Assembly (NCBI GenBank): GCA_964016885.1
Contig: OZ024757.1
Span: 34,534,001 to 34,598,000, forward strand
Length of the DNA: 64,000 bases
DNA from: Eledone cirrhosa
Lineage: Eukaryota
Direction of reading: 5' to 3'
The notes under the pieces were generated by a model that was not told the DNA's origin, did not search any database, and saw only the letters and a program-made list of their open reading frames with translations. The stretch's first letter is position 1; each line of letters opens with the position of its first letter. The translations under genes were made by a program, and so were the position numbers. Positions 39,557 to 52,614 of the stretch are shown here, piece by piece.

Positions 39557-40149
39557 GAGAGGGTCGTGGGAGCAGGGTCCTCAGACACTCTCTGCAGCAG
39601 GTCCTGTCAGAAGCAACCGTCTCCAATTGATCATGTTTGGTACTTAAGGATTGGAAGAATTAGTAGAACATCAGACAAAATGCTTCCTGGCCATTTATAT
39701 TCTGAGTTCAAATCCTACCAACGTTAACTTTGCTTTTCATCCTTCTGGGGTTGAAACATACTCTCTCACACACACACACACACACATACACACACACATA
39801 CGCACACACACACACACAAGGGACCACCAGCAGACCTTTGTCTGCAAGAAATAATACCCTAATAAATAAGTCAGATAAAACCTATAAGACCTCAGTTGCC
39901 TACAAAGGTAGCTGAAACCTACCATCTAATTAGCTAATTAGGTTAACAAAGCCGTGTTACAGAGAAGTACATCACTTACTCTTCAGTTATTGTTCCCAAT
40001 CAATGTTTAATGACGGCTTATAATTGTGGAGTGATTGGTTAGTGTGTTTAATTACGTCAATATTTGTATGTAGGGAATTAGTAAAAACATAATTTGTTGT
40101 AATGTAATATCAGGTTAATGTACTTTTAGTTATCTTATGTAATAATAAT

Positions 40150-40745
40150 AATTGTTTCTACTTTAGGCACAAGGCCAGCAATTGGGGAGGGGGAGGAAAG
40201 TCCATTAAATTGACCACAGTGCGTGACTGGTGCTTTATTTTATCGATAGGATGAAAGGCAAAGTTAACCTCGGCGAGATTTGAACTCAGATCATAAAGGG
40301 ACGTAACTCTATGCTGCAAAACATGGTGTCCCACCCTCTACCGATACTGCCAATCCACCGCCCTAATAATGGTTTCTTAAATAAGCACAAGGCCAGCAAT
40401 TTGGGGGAGAGGAAAGTCGATTAAATCAACCCTGGTATATTACTGGTACTTTATTTTATCGACCCCCGTAAGGATGAAAGGCAAAGTTAACCTCGGCGGG
40501 ATTTGAACTCAGACCGTAAAGGGACGTAACTGTGCTGGAAAGCCTGGCGTTCGACCCTCTACCGATACAGCCAATTCAATAATAATGACAATTGCTTCTA
40601 CTTTAAGCACAGGGCCAGAAAGATTAGAGGAAGGGAAAGTTGATTAAATCAACCCTCATGTATTACTGGTACTTTATTTCATCAACTTCGACAGGATGAA
40701 AGGTGAAGTTGACCGTGGCAGGATTTGAACACAGAACATAAAAGA
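40150..40745 (-). mobile_element. Head-to-tail array of three SINE copies
   Basis: Same SINE core three times. Confidence 0.86.
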
Positions 40746-43456
40746 ATTTACTATGAAGAATTTGATTTTCAGATAGAATGGTTCATGGTATTCTTTCTGG
40801 TTCTGTGTGGTCACTAATGTGGTCACTAATGTACCAGTCCATCACTGAGGTCAGTTCTTCTATATCTCTTTCTCACTTCATCTCTGGAAGAAATCAACTG
40901 AATTCAGACCTGAAATGGGATGAGTTCTGGCAAGTTTAAAATGCCTAAGACGCACCATATATCACAACAGTGTCCCTATGGCTCTATAAGGGGTTAAGGG
41001 TCTTCCAAGAGTAGAAATGAGTTAATAGAATACTAGAGAATATTTTCCTGATTTTATTCCATATTGTCAATCACTGATTTGTTCTAAGCCATCACTATGG
41101 TGTATGCTATGAAATAGAATATAGAATTAATATACTCCAACCATAATCAATATTCAATAATCAGATTATATAATCATAATCCAATCCTTATACAGATTAA
41201 TGTATTATGGAAAGTTGTTGTAGCTTAGTACTAGGTCAACTCTGATTAAGTAGACCTTTCATCAAAGCCATTCTAGCCACAGACTGTCCAGTTTTTTAGA
41301 TGTAAGTAGGACTACATTATCTAAAGTAGCCTTCCTTAACCCTTTACCATTTACATTACTCTATATATACTATTGTATTTTCATGGTAAAGGCTTTACCT
41401 CACATAATATCAAATCTATGAGATTTTGATATTATTTATTTTCAGAACAATATCTTAACATCAGTATGAGCAGTCGGTTTGAACAGTAAGAAGTGAGAGA
41501 ATTCTGGTGGATATGGCTAGCTTAAATGCTAAAGAGTTAATGAGCATTTTCTCTGCTAGCAAGGGTTGGACGGGCCTTCACAGACTGAGTCAGTAATCAA
41601 GCAGGGCTACATACCTCTCATATGAACTTGGAGCAAGCACCTTGCTTCCATACATTCCCTTGTGAGTTTATTTTGTTGTGACAATGCTCAAGAGATTGTA
41701 ATATCTTTGACACAACCTTAATATCAGTATGAGCATCTGGTTACAGCCAGCTTGAATAGAAAGAGATGAGAGAATTCTGGTCAGATATAGCCAATTTAAA
41801 TGCTAAAGGGCTAAGGAAAGATATTACCTATGATTTTCAAATCATTTTGAAAATAATCAAGAATATTTAGATAAATATAAACATTTAATCCTTTCATTAC
41901 CATATTTCTACTAAAAGACACTAACTATGACATTCAAATTTTTTCGACAATGATAAACAATTTGGAGAAATTTAGTAATACAGTTAGTTAACTTTCACAT
42001 TATTTATCTGGTATATGAAATAACTTAAAGGTTCTTACATAAAATTATGAGAGTGTTACATAAAAGATAGATTGTAGCATTTTACAACCAGATGCCCTTC
42101 CTTGTGCCAACCCTTACGATACATGTGGATGCGATGTTCCTATTTGAAAAACCTAGGATACAGCAGCATATCCCGAAATACGCCAAAACTACACTTGATG
42201 TACCCCTTCCATACACATGTACACGTGTGTATCATGACTCGTGCACTGTTCATTTTACTGATGTTTGTGCATTGCCCTATGTACTGTACATGCACTTTTT
42301 TGATGAGTTGTGGTGCACCTGGGCACTGTACACAATATTTCATTATTGTTATTATTATTATATCATGACTCATACACTGTTCATTTTCCTGACATTTGCA
42401 CATTATTCTATGTACTATACATGCACCTTTGATGAGTTGTAGTGCACCTGAGCACTGTACACAATAATTTCATTATTATTATTATCTAAATAAATTTTTT
42501 AATAAAAAAAATAATAAAATAAGGTAAGGAAAAGAAAAGGAAAAAAAACAATGTAATCTCTATTTATTTATAATTTCACGTATCTTTGCCAAATTTTATT
42601 TTAAAATATTTATTAAGGAAGTTATAAATGTGTCACTGTGTTTCTGGCAACTAAAAAAATCTGGCTGAATAGAACCATGATTAAAACCACTCCAGATAGT
42701 ACCATAAGATTATGTAATCTAGGACTACATCATCTAATGTGAACTTCCCGTTCCCTGACGCTACAGTATAATTTGAGGGAAAATTTAGCTGTTATTTCTA
42801 GCAAATCGAGCAACCACAGTAGTCTCCCTTATTGTTGGTTGCTGTTGTTTAGCCTCAGGTGAGTCTTGACTGAACTAAGATAACCTAGGTTATAGACGCT
42901 CTATTATTCCGCTCGATTTGGTAAATTTTTTATTATCACATGACTATGGCCTTCAAGCCTACCGTAAATTACTGGTTTTCTGTAGTTCTTCCACCCGAGA
43001 ACTACATAACACCTGTCTGAGAGACGGGTGTCATAGCAACAATTTACCGAATTGTGAAACCAAAAGAAAGATTATATTAACGAACAAAGAGATGGCGGTG
43101 GAGTAAATAAAAATTACATACATAAAATATACCTCGTTTTAAATGTTTCAGTAATTGGTGGAAAATACGACAAATGTACCCAGTACACTCTGTAAAGTAG
43201 TTAGCGTTAGAAAGAGCATCCGCCGTAGAAACCAAGTATATAGAATATATGAGTAAAATGTGGTGACCATAACACACTCTACCTCCCAATGCTCAGCCAC
43301 TGGTCCATAACTCAAAATAAATAATATCAAAATCTCATAGATTGAGAGATGAAACCTTTACCACGAAAATACAATAGTAAATATAGAGTAATGTAAATGC
43401 TAAAGGGTTAAGCATGGAGTGGGTGTTTTTGTTGTGGCGCCCTATCTAAAACTTAC

Positions 43457-43490
43457 CTGTGCATCAAACAAAAGTAGCATGCTGGGAAGA
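43457..43490 (-). other. Candidate 34-nt orphan exon (possibly 5'UTR exon of the KCNH gene)
   Basis: Consensus splice sites: ccttatttcag|tcttcccagcatgctacttttgtttgatgcacag|gtaagt, in sequence not recognised as a repeat. No homology support. Confidence 0.35.
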
Positions 43491-45317
43491 CTGAAATAAG
43501 GACTATATCAGTTTTTTGTTTGTCATGTTTTTAATAAACTTTTTATGTGACATGAAAGAATATGAGGTGAGGAACTGTAGTATACATGAGTTATCTCCTC
43601 CTGGTCATGCAGGAAATGGTTAAGGGGATGTTATTGTTGTAAGATTTCGCCTGTTATAAAATTACTTGAAACCTCACTCAGCATCGAACAACAAATCTAA
43701 ACCAACCATGACCTACCACATGAAATACAATTAATTAATTATCTTTAACCATATATTCATATTAAAACTAAACAGGTGAGACATACAAAAATATTAAGGT
43801 AGACAATAGTAATAATTGTTTCTACTTTTGGCACAAGGCCAGCAATTACCCAGTGTATTACTGGTACTCAGACAATAGTAATAATGTGTTCTGATTTAGT
43901 TACAAGGCCAACAATGTCGGGGAAAATCGAATAATCGAACCCAGTGTGTTACTGGTACTTTATTTTATTGACCCCTTTAGGATGAAAGGCACCCAGCTGT
44001 AAAAAGCTTGCCAAACAAGTGATTGGGAGGACCCTTCAGTTTGAGTCAAAAGACGACTACTTTGCTGCAATTGATAGAACGTATGACCATATATAAGTAA
44101 GATGCAGACCTCTACGTCTTGTCTGGGAGGTTAGTAGTATAATTTATTAACTATAATATAATGAAAATTATTGTGTACAGAGTTCAGGTTCAAAACTAAC
44201 ATCTCACCCTCTTTAAGAAACGAAAGAACACACCGAGGCATGTATTCTGCGATACTAAAAAAAAAAAAAAAAAAATTCAGAAAGACAGAAAGACAGGTTG
44301 GTCAAGAATGGACCGTCTTTCAATTATTGTTTTGTTCCTCTAGACCTGACCTAGGGCTAAACAACAACCTCTACATAGTTGCGATCGGGCGAATACATTG
44401 GTGTTTGTTAACTTGATTTTATTAATTTGTTTATTTTATTGAAGGTATTTTTAACTTGTAGAGCGACGAAATAATGACTTCGTGTTGTGTCGCAAATTTT
44501 AAACATATTTTAATGATAGTGAATTCGGAAATAATATGTTCAGGCTTTATATATGCGTGTGTGCAGGCCTTCGTTTCTCTCCCCACACTCTCTGTATCTT
44601 TCTTATTCGCTCTTTCTCTCTTTGAAATTATCTCCCCTTGGCCATTAAATTTATCAGATCAAAGTAAAATTTTGCACCATTTCTACCCCCTCCCGGCCTG
44701 TTTCTTAGTATTACCGTTACTTATAAAGATAGATTACACATTGCTAATCTCCCTGGTAGTTGTATAGTGTTCTACCGACTCAAATATCCATAGTAGAAGT
44801 GTTATAAATACGATGTTGTGTAATTAACTCGTTTCAGATATAAACAAAGACCACCTTCGGTCACAAATGACCATTTAATTTACATCTAGAGATTTTCCCT
44901 CCGTGGCACAAGACTGGGCAAAGTATATTTGTGGAAGTCCAGCAGTCGCTCACGCATATCAGACTCCTCTGGCACCGATGTTGTTCAAGGGAGAGACAAA
45001 GGCAGATAGAGTTTGGCATCATTGACGTTGCACCTCATTATTTCTATAGATGACGGGTGAGAATCGCGAAATAAAGTGTCTTGCTGAAGGACACAACGCA
45101 TCACTCTGTCCGAGAATCGAATTCACAACCTCCCGATTTCCATCCCAATGCGCCTTTTCATATATATATATATATATATATTGTGCTGGTGGCACAAATA
45201 AAAGCACCCAGTCCATGCTGTAAAGTGGCGCTGGTGTTAGGAAGGACATCCAACCAGTGTATCAATGCCAAGACGCTTAGCAGCACAGCAACAAATAGAT
45301 AAGAACAACAACAAAAT

Positions 45318-45660
45318 ATGAAGACGTCACATCTCAGAGTTGCTACACTTAATGTTGCCACTCTCAGAGGTAGATCTGCGGAGATGATGGAAAGAAAGCA
45401 TGTGGATGTGTGCTGCGTGCAAGAGGTGAGATGGAGAGGTGCCTCTGCGAGACTAGTCGTAGGCAAACATCTTAGCTGTAAGCTTTTCTGAGTAGGTAAG
45501 GATGATGGTTTAGAGGGAGTAGGCATTTTCCTGGCTGAGAGATGGATCAATAAGACAATAGAGGTAGTTCGAATTAGTAATCGAATAATTAAGCTTAGAT
45601 TAGTTGTAGGCAAGAGACTTCTGACAATCATCTCTGCCTATGCTCCCCAGCAGGCCTTGC
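45318..45660 (+). mobile_element. RTE LINE 5' fragment: APE endonuclease N-terminus (decayed)
   Basis: MKTSHLRVATLNVATLRGRS...VDVCCVQEVRWRG...GVGIFL...IISAYAPQ with one internal stop. Confidence 0.85.
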
Positions 45661-47688
45661 CTGTCATCCTTTCGGGGTTGATAAAATAAAGTACCAGTCA
45701 ATTACTGGGGTCAATTTAATCAACTTTCCCTTCTCCCCTAAATTACTGGCCTTGTGCCTAAATCAAATGCAATGGATTGTGTGTTGAGCTGGGTTGCGTG
45801 TTGTTTCTTGAGAAAAACTCTTTATTTCACATTGCTCCAGTATACTCAGCTGAAAATTGGTATCAACAGTAGCTGGGAGTTTCACTTTGTGATGGACTGG
45901 TGTTCCTCTCCAGGAGGAAATCTTGTAATCTCAGTCGCTTCACACCATGGAAACCAGGATAAGACTGGCTTGATGAGACTCTGGGCTTGTGAAAGACTTT
46001 AGGCCTTTTAGTCAACATTATTGAGCGTGGCGGTACAGCAGTATCGGTGGAGTGTTGGACATGCTTTGTGGCTTATAGTTACATCCCTTTATGTTCTGAA
46101 TTCAAATCCTCTTATGGTTAGCTTTGCCTTTTGTCCTTACGGGATCGATAAAACAACGTACCAGTAATGCACTAGGGTCGATTTAATTAACTTTCCCCAC
46201 CCCAAAAAATTGTTGGCCTTGTTCCTAAGAACACCACGATGTCCAGGCCATATGGTACTTTGGAACGCTTCAAGGATCAGCATTTGTTGAATACACTTCA
46301 GCAACAAACTGCAAGAGAACATTTGTTGACTACGGCCAACCCTGAACAAGGCCAGGGAGAAGAGTTTCTTTATCATTCTGTCCAATGTAAAAACATATGG
46401 CTGCCAATGGGTGACATTTTTGCCAACTAAATCTGCTCCTTCCAGATGCTTCATTCTGGAATGTTTCCAATCGTAACCCCTCCGGAGAGAATATTAAGGA
46501 TTTTCATGTCAATATGGAACCGGTAAGATAGGAAATTGAAAATTGGTAAGGTATCAATTTGATATGTTGCCAAATTGGTAAGATAGCAATTTGTTATTTT
46601 GTTAAATTGGTATCTTATCAAATTGGTAAGATGGCAAATTGGTATCTTGACAAATATACATTCACTTTATAGAAGGCAAGCAGCTGGTGGAACTAGTGTT
46701 ACTGTATTTTGGAGGGAATTGTCTCAAAGACTAACCATTATACTTTAATCAGTTATATTTTTTATTACTTTTTGTATTTTGTGAAATATAAAATATATTT
46801 TGAATATAAAATATACTTTTGAATATATTTTTGAATATAAAATATATTTTTACTATGAATTTTCAATGTTTGGAAATAGAAAACAAATTAACTCGTACTA
46901 TCCTGTAAAAATTTTGCAAAGAATATCGAAAAATGAAATGGGTTTGTTAATTCAAATGTCTATAGTATCTTTACTATTGGACAGATTGTTGTGAAAATGT
47001 GCCATATTATAGTCAGAAAAATGGTAACTCTTAACATCCTGTAATGATTTAGCATAAAATATCTAAAAAGAGGTTTAATTCAAATAGTTTTTATCTTTAA
47101 TGTGATGCAGTCATCGTGTTGTTTTGTACTTTCCAAGAATGTCTAGCTAATGTGGTTTCATGTGGTTTGTTAATTCAAACGTTTCTAGTATCTTTACTAG
47201 TAGATGGATTGTGAAAATTTGCAGTATTAGAGTCAAGAATTGTTCATATTTAATGTAGTCGTAGTGTTGTTTTGTACTTTCCAAGAATGTCATGCTAATG
47301 TGGTACAGGACGTTAACAGTTGAGTTAAAATGTAGCATATATTAGATAAAGATTATCACAACAGTTTTTATTATATATAATGCAAGTGTGTAGGAGCAAT
47401 GTGGTGGAAATTGTGACTGTATGGAGTTGATGGCTCTCTCTCACGGGTGAATATATGAGGAATTCAAGATGTGGTGAAACACTTTTAACCGGGATGTGAA
47501 GCTGCAATATTAAACACAGCTTTCTCTCTCTCTCTCTCACTCTCTTATTTTTTCTCTTATCTCTCTCTTATTCTTTCTATCTCTCATTCTCTCTTCCTCT
47601 CTGTCCCTATCTCCCTCTTTTCTACACACACACACACACTCTCTCTCTCTCTCTCACACACACACAAATGCCACTCAACAATGAATTC

Positions 47689-47824
47689 CTATTCATATAT
47701 TGTGTATGGTCGGACAGGTTTTTCAGCCATTAGAACCATATTATAGTAATAACTGTTTTTCTTCTTCAAAAGATGCTCTGGAGGACCAAATTCAACATTT
47801 TCACCTTTCTCCATAACCAAAATC
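47689..47824 (-). CDS. ABCC/MRP-like terminal coding exon
   Basis: ttttag|G ATT TTG... gives (K)ILVMEKGENVEFGPPEHLLKKKNSYYYNMVLMAEKPVRPYTIYE-stop(TAG), a typical ABCC C-terminus. Confidence 0.92.
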
Positions 47825-50781
47825 CTAAAAAAAGAAGAAAAAAAGGAACAAAAATGCTGAACATTTTTTAGCAATAGCTTCAGGGAGATTCATGGGTGAG
47901 AATTGAAATCATAACCTTCAGATTATCAAGGAAGACCAACTCATTGCTTTTATACAAATGGGGGGGAAATATTTGTTATGTAAAATGGATTGGTCGAAAC
48001 TCTGCACAAGTGTCACTGATTGGGTGAATCTACTATTGTTCAATCATCCAATCAGAACATGACACACGTGTACATTCCAGAACATTCTAAAGTCTTAACT
48101 GTATATAAATATAGAGAACCTTTTGTAATTTTGACCCAAATGTACAACTTGAAAAGGTCAGTGGTTCAATATATATTTTCTTACTCATCTTTTTGTGTTC
48201 TCATTTCAGTTGTTAAGAAAACATAAATAGCTTTAGTTTTATGTGTGTAATCCAGTTTTTTGAATAGATATGCCGGATTTAGAACAAATGAGGCCTTGTG
48301 CTAGTTAAGTTATGGGGCCACTTACTTGGCCCTGAAGAAGGTAGGCCTGGTAAAAAATTTTTGGTAGGAAGATTGGCCCTCCTGACCAATGGGGCTCTGT
48401 GCACAATGGTAAATTTGGTACTGGATATGCTGTATCCCTGTACATCATAAGTAAAAAGGTTGGTGTCAGGAAGAGCATCCAGCTGTAAGACATTTTCTAA
48501 AAGCACCCCCATCCAACCCAGAAAAGGTTTTTGGAATAACGATTCTCAATAGAATGCATAGATCAGAGGATTACCCCAGATAGAACTGCTACCTTTCCAA
48601 ATTGAGAGGTCACAGCTCAGATAATATCTCAGGAAAGAACCGCTGGACAGATTTTATGGGGAAAGCCAACCAGCAGCAGACCAAGAGGTAGACTATAAGG
48701 AAGATGGTTAGATAACAGCTGGATCAATTGAAGATGGTTGTTTCTGATAGGATCCACTGGAAGGCGTACTTATGGACTCTGCCGCTGCGACCCTCCCAAG
48801 AATAAGTAGATGAAAAGAAAGAAAAAGACTCCTTTCAACCTATAACGGCATGGAAAACAATGATGATGATAATGACCCGGCAAAAACCAACTCTGATTTT
48901 AAGGGGAGAGGGGAATCATCCATTTTAAAGAGTTTCTATTTAAATTAAAATCTTCTAATATAATTTTATATAAGAACCATATGTCAAATTACACTCGTAC
49001 CAATGAAATAATTAATAATTTTAGTAAATGCTTTCAAATTCTTCATTAATTAATTGAACTAGTGTGTATTTCATTAGAAATATGGTTACAAGATGGTTAA
49101 ATTAAAACCAACCAACAAAATTATATGCAAGAACCATATGTTAAAATACTATCTTCGCAATAAATAATTAATAATTCTAGTAAATCCTTCTAAATTCTTT
49201 ACTAATTAATTGAAATATGGTGAGGAAAGGGTTAAAGTAGACACATGAGCTGAAAAATAAGTTAATGAAACAATCTACCATATTTCCTGGTGCCGAAAAC
49301 ACTTTGTCCTCGAGGATGCACCCTAATTTTGACAAGCAAAAATTTGAAAAAAATTAATAAACAACCTTCGGCCTCCAGAACGCATGGTAGATTTTTGAGA
49401 TGTATTTTAGGAAAAAAGTAGCGTCTTTAATAAAGTACCAGTACTTTATTTTATCGACCCCGTAAGGATGAAAGGCAAAGCTAACCCCAGTGGGATTTGA
49501 ACTCAACGTAAATGGCCATAACTCTATGCTGCAAAGCATGGTGTCCTACATTTTACTGATACTGCCAATCACAGCCCTAATGATAATAATAAAAATAATT
49601 TTCTACTTTTTGGCACAAGGCCAGCAATTATCCCAGTGCATTACTGGTACTTTATTTTATTGACCCAGTAAGGATGAAAAGTAAAGTTAACTATGGCGGG
49701 ATTTGAATGCAGAACGTAAATGGCCATAACTCTATGCTGCAAAGCATGGTGGTATCCGACGCTCTACCGATACTGCCAATCCACCACCCTACTAATATAA
49801 ATAATAATAAATTAGGATTTAACTTCATGCATAGCTGTATACAGATATGTATTGAAATTGCATATTTCTAAAGAAATACGGTATTTCATTTCATTTTTCA
49901 TTTCATTTTATGTCCGCTTTTTCCCTGCTTGCAAGGGTGGGACAGGAACTGATTCTGGCTTGATTTCTACAGCTGGATGCCCTTCCTAACACCAACCTCA
50001 TTTACAGTGATTGCTGGGTGCTTTTTTGCCGTGGCACCTCCACGACCACTTTGCAGTGGAATGATAGGGACCCCAGTCCTATCATCTCATTTCTACAGCT
50101 GAGTAAACTGGAGCAATGTGAAATAAAGTGTCTTGCTCAAGGAAACAACACATCACCCAGTCTGAGAATTGAACTCACAACCTTTCGATTGTAAGGCCAA
50201 TGCTCTAACCACTAAGGTATGTTTATAGATAAACATTTGGAAAGCCATAGCTATGCGAAAGACACCAGGGGTATTGCCCTCTGGTGGTGTCTAGCAGAAG
50301 CAAGGGGGACAATCGTCAATGCATTTCGAACTTAACTGGTTCTTATCAGGACAATCCCTCCCACTCTTGCGACTGCTGGACTTGAAAACAGGCGGGAATA
50401 TATGGTTTTCTCGTTTGTGTAAATGAGGTGATTAATCTCATTTACATATGAAGCTGTATAAGTTGGCTCAACTTACAATAGAATAGAATTAGGATTTAGT
50501 TTCATGCAAGGCTGTATACAGATATGTATTGACATTTTGTATCTATAAACAGCCCCCCCCCCCCCCCCGTGTTTATGTTTATCTATAAACATGCCATATT
50601 TCTTTAGAAATACGAAATTTGAATAATAATTGTTTCTACTTTTGGCACAAGGCCAGCAATTATCCCAGTGTATTACTGGTACTTTATTTTATCGACCCCG
50701 TAAGGATGAAAGGCAAAGTTAACCTCGGCAATGGCCCCAGCCGGTTGGCTGGGACAGGTAAAAGAGTAAAAGAGTATTTAC

Positions 50782-50976
50782 TTGTTGTACTTTTGCACAA
50801 TGTCTAGTTTATGTGCAATACAGAGTATGGTGCTATCCTGAAAGTTTTCCTCCAAAATCTTCATAAACTCTTCACTCTCCTTCTGTGACACATTAGCTGT
50901 TGCTTCATCAAGAATTACCACTTTTGATTTCTTCAGCAGACATTTTGATAGGTAGATCAACTGCTTAATACCAAAA
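50782..50976 (-). CDS. ABCC/MRP-like exon (195 nt), NBD2 signature, Walker B, H-loop
   Basis: tgttag|...AA|gtaaat. (S)FGIKQLIYLSKCLLKKSKVVILDEATANVSQKE...TILCIAHKLDIVQKYN(K). Confidence 0.95.
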
Positions 50977-51066
50977 CTAACAATAGAATATATATATATA
51001 TATATTTATATATACACTTACAAGCAGGGAAAAGTGGGTGTAAAATGATGATGATGATGATGATGG

Positions 51067-51103
<37 letters not shown>

Positions 51104-51400
51104 TATATACATGTGATGGTAATGGTGATGATGATAGTGGTAATGTTGATGATATATTGACAATGGTGACGGTGGAGATGATGATAGTGATGGTATATTG
51201 ACAATGGTGACGGTGGGGATGATAGTGGTGGTAATGGTGATGACTGGTGGTGATAGTGATGGTATATTGATAATGATGATGATGATAGTGATGGTATATT
51301 GATAATGATGATGATGATGATGATAGTGATAGTATATTGCCAATGGTGGTGATGATGGTTGTGACATCTAAACAGTCTTTCTGAAAGAAATAGTCTTTAC

Positions 51401-51543
51401 CTGATCTCAGCTTCGCTTGAATAATCCTTCTCCAAATCAAGGTTCAAATTGGTGATCTTCAACACATTGTACAGCTGTGAGTCTGTAAACTTGTTATAGG
51501 GGTCAAGGTTTGACCGCAAACTTCCCGAAAATAACTCACAGTC
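51401..51543 (-). CDS. ABCC/MRP-like exon (143 nt), NBD2 helical subdomain
   Basis: gaacag|...AG|gtaaag. DCELFSGSLRSNLDPYNKFTDSQLYNVLKITNLNLDLEKDYSSEAEI(S) contains the LFSGSLR.NLDP motif. Not in the ORF track in this frame. Confidence 0.92.
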
Positions 51544-51862
51544 CTGTTCATGTACAACAACAATAACAACAAACATTTTAACCCTTTATCATTTACATTA
51601 CATTATATATACTATTATATATACTAAGGGCAGTGGATCGGCAGTATCGGTAGAGGGTCGGATGCCATGCTTTGATGCATAGTTACGGCCCTTGCCATTC
51701 TGAGTTCAAATCCCGCCGAGGTTAACTTTGCCTTTCATCCTTACGGGGTCAATAAAATAAAGTACTTGTAATGAACTGGGATAATTGCTGGCCTTGTGTC
51801 AAAAGTAGAAACAATTATATATACTGTTGTATTTTCACAGAAAAAGCTTTATATTACATAAT

Positions 51863-52069
51863 TATCTCACATGATATCTCACATGATATCTCACAGGATA
51901 TCTCACATGATATCTCACATGATATCTCACAGGATATCTCACATGATATCTCACATGATATCTCACATGATATCTCACATGATATCTCACATGATATCTC
52001 ACAGGATATCTCACAGGATATCTCACAGGATATCTCACAGGATATCTCACAGGATATCTCACATGATAT
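51863..52069. repeat. 13-bp tandem repeat (tatctcacatga/tatctcacagga type units) inside a piggyBac MITE
   Basis: The unit occurs once in other MITE copies (e.g. attatctcacatgatatcgaatc at about 33132). It translates as ISHD/ISQD, i.e. a 12-nt period. Confidence 0.9.
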
Positions 52070-52614
52070 CGAATCTATGAAATTGATATTAATTATTTTG
52101 AGAACAATACCTTAACATTGGAATCAATGGCCAGTTACAAACGATTTGAACAGAAAGAGGGGAGAAAATTCTGGCTGGATATGGCCGGTTTAAATGCTAA
52201 AGGGTTAAGGAGGTTAAGGACATCTTCATTACATCGTGGGGTTCTGAGTTTGTAAATCTACAAACAATAGTTGTTTCTACATTTGGACAGAAGGCTAGCA
52301 ATTTGAAGGGAAAAGTTGGTTAAATTGACCCCAGTGCATTACTGGCACTTTATTTTATTGACCCCTATAAGAATGAAAGGCAAAGCTAACTTTGGCAGGA
52401 TTTGAACTCGGAATGTAAAGGAGTGTAACTCTATGCTGCAATGTATGTTGTCCGACACTCTACTGATTCTGCCAATCCACCGCCCTCAAATCTGTAAACA
52501 ATACTACAAAAACAAAAAAGAAGCATTTTAAGGCCATCTTCCTTGCTACAGTTGGGGGTCAGCCATGCGGACCTTATAACCAGCTTCTCTAGTTTACCTC
52601 TGTTTCTTCATCAC

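Noticed and set aside
46230-46430. Unique-looking segment with a 63-aa ORF and GSAFVEY (RNP1-like) in another frame
   Set aside because: Short match followed by a stop, with no convincing splice sites or partner exons.
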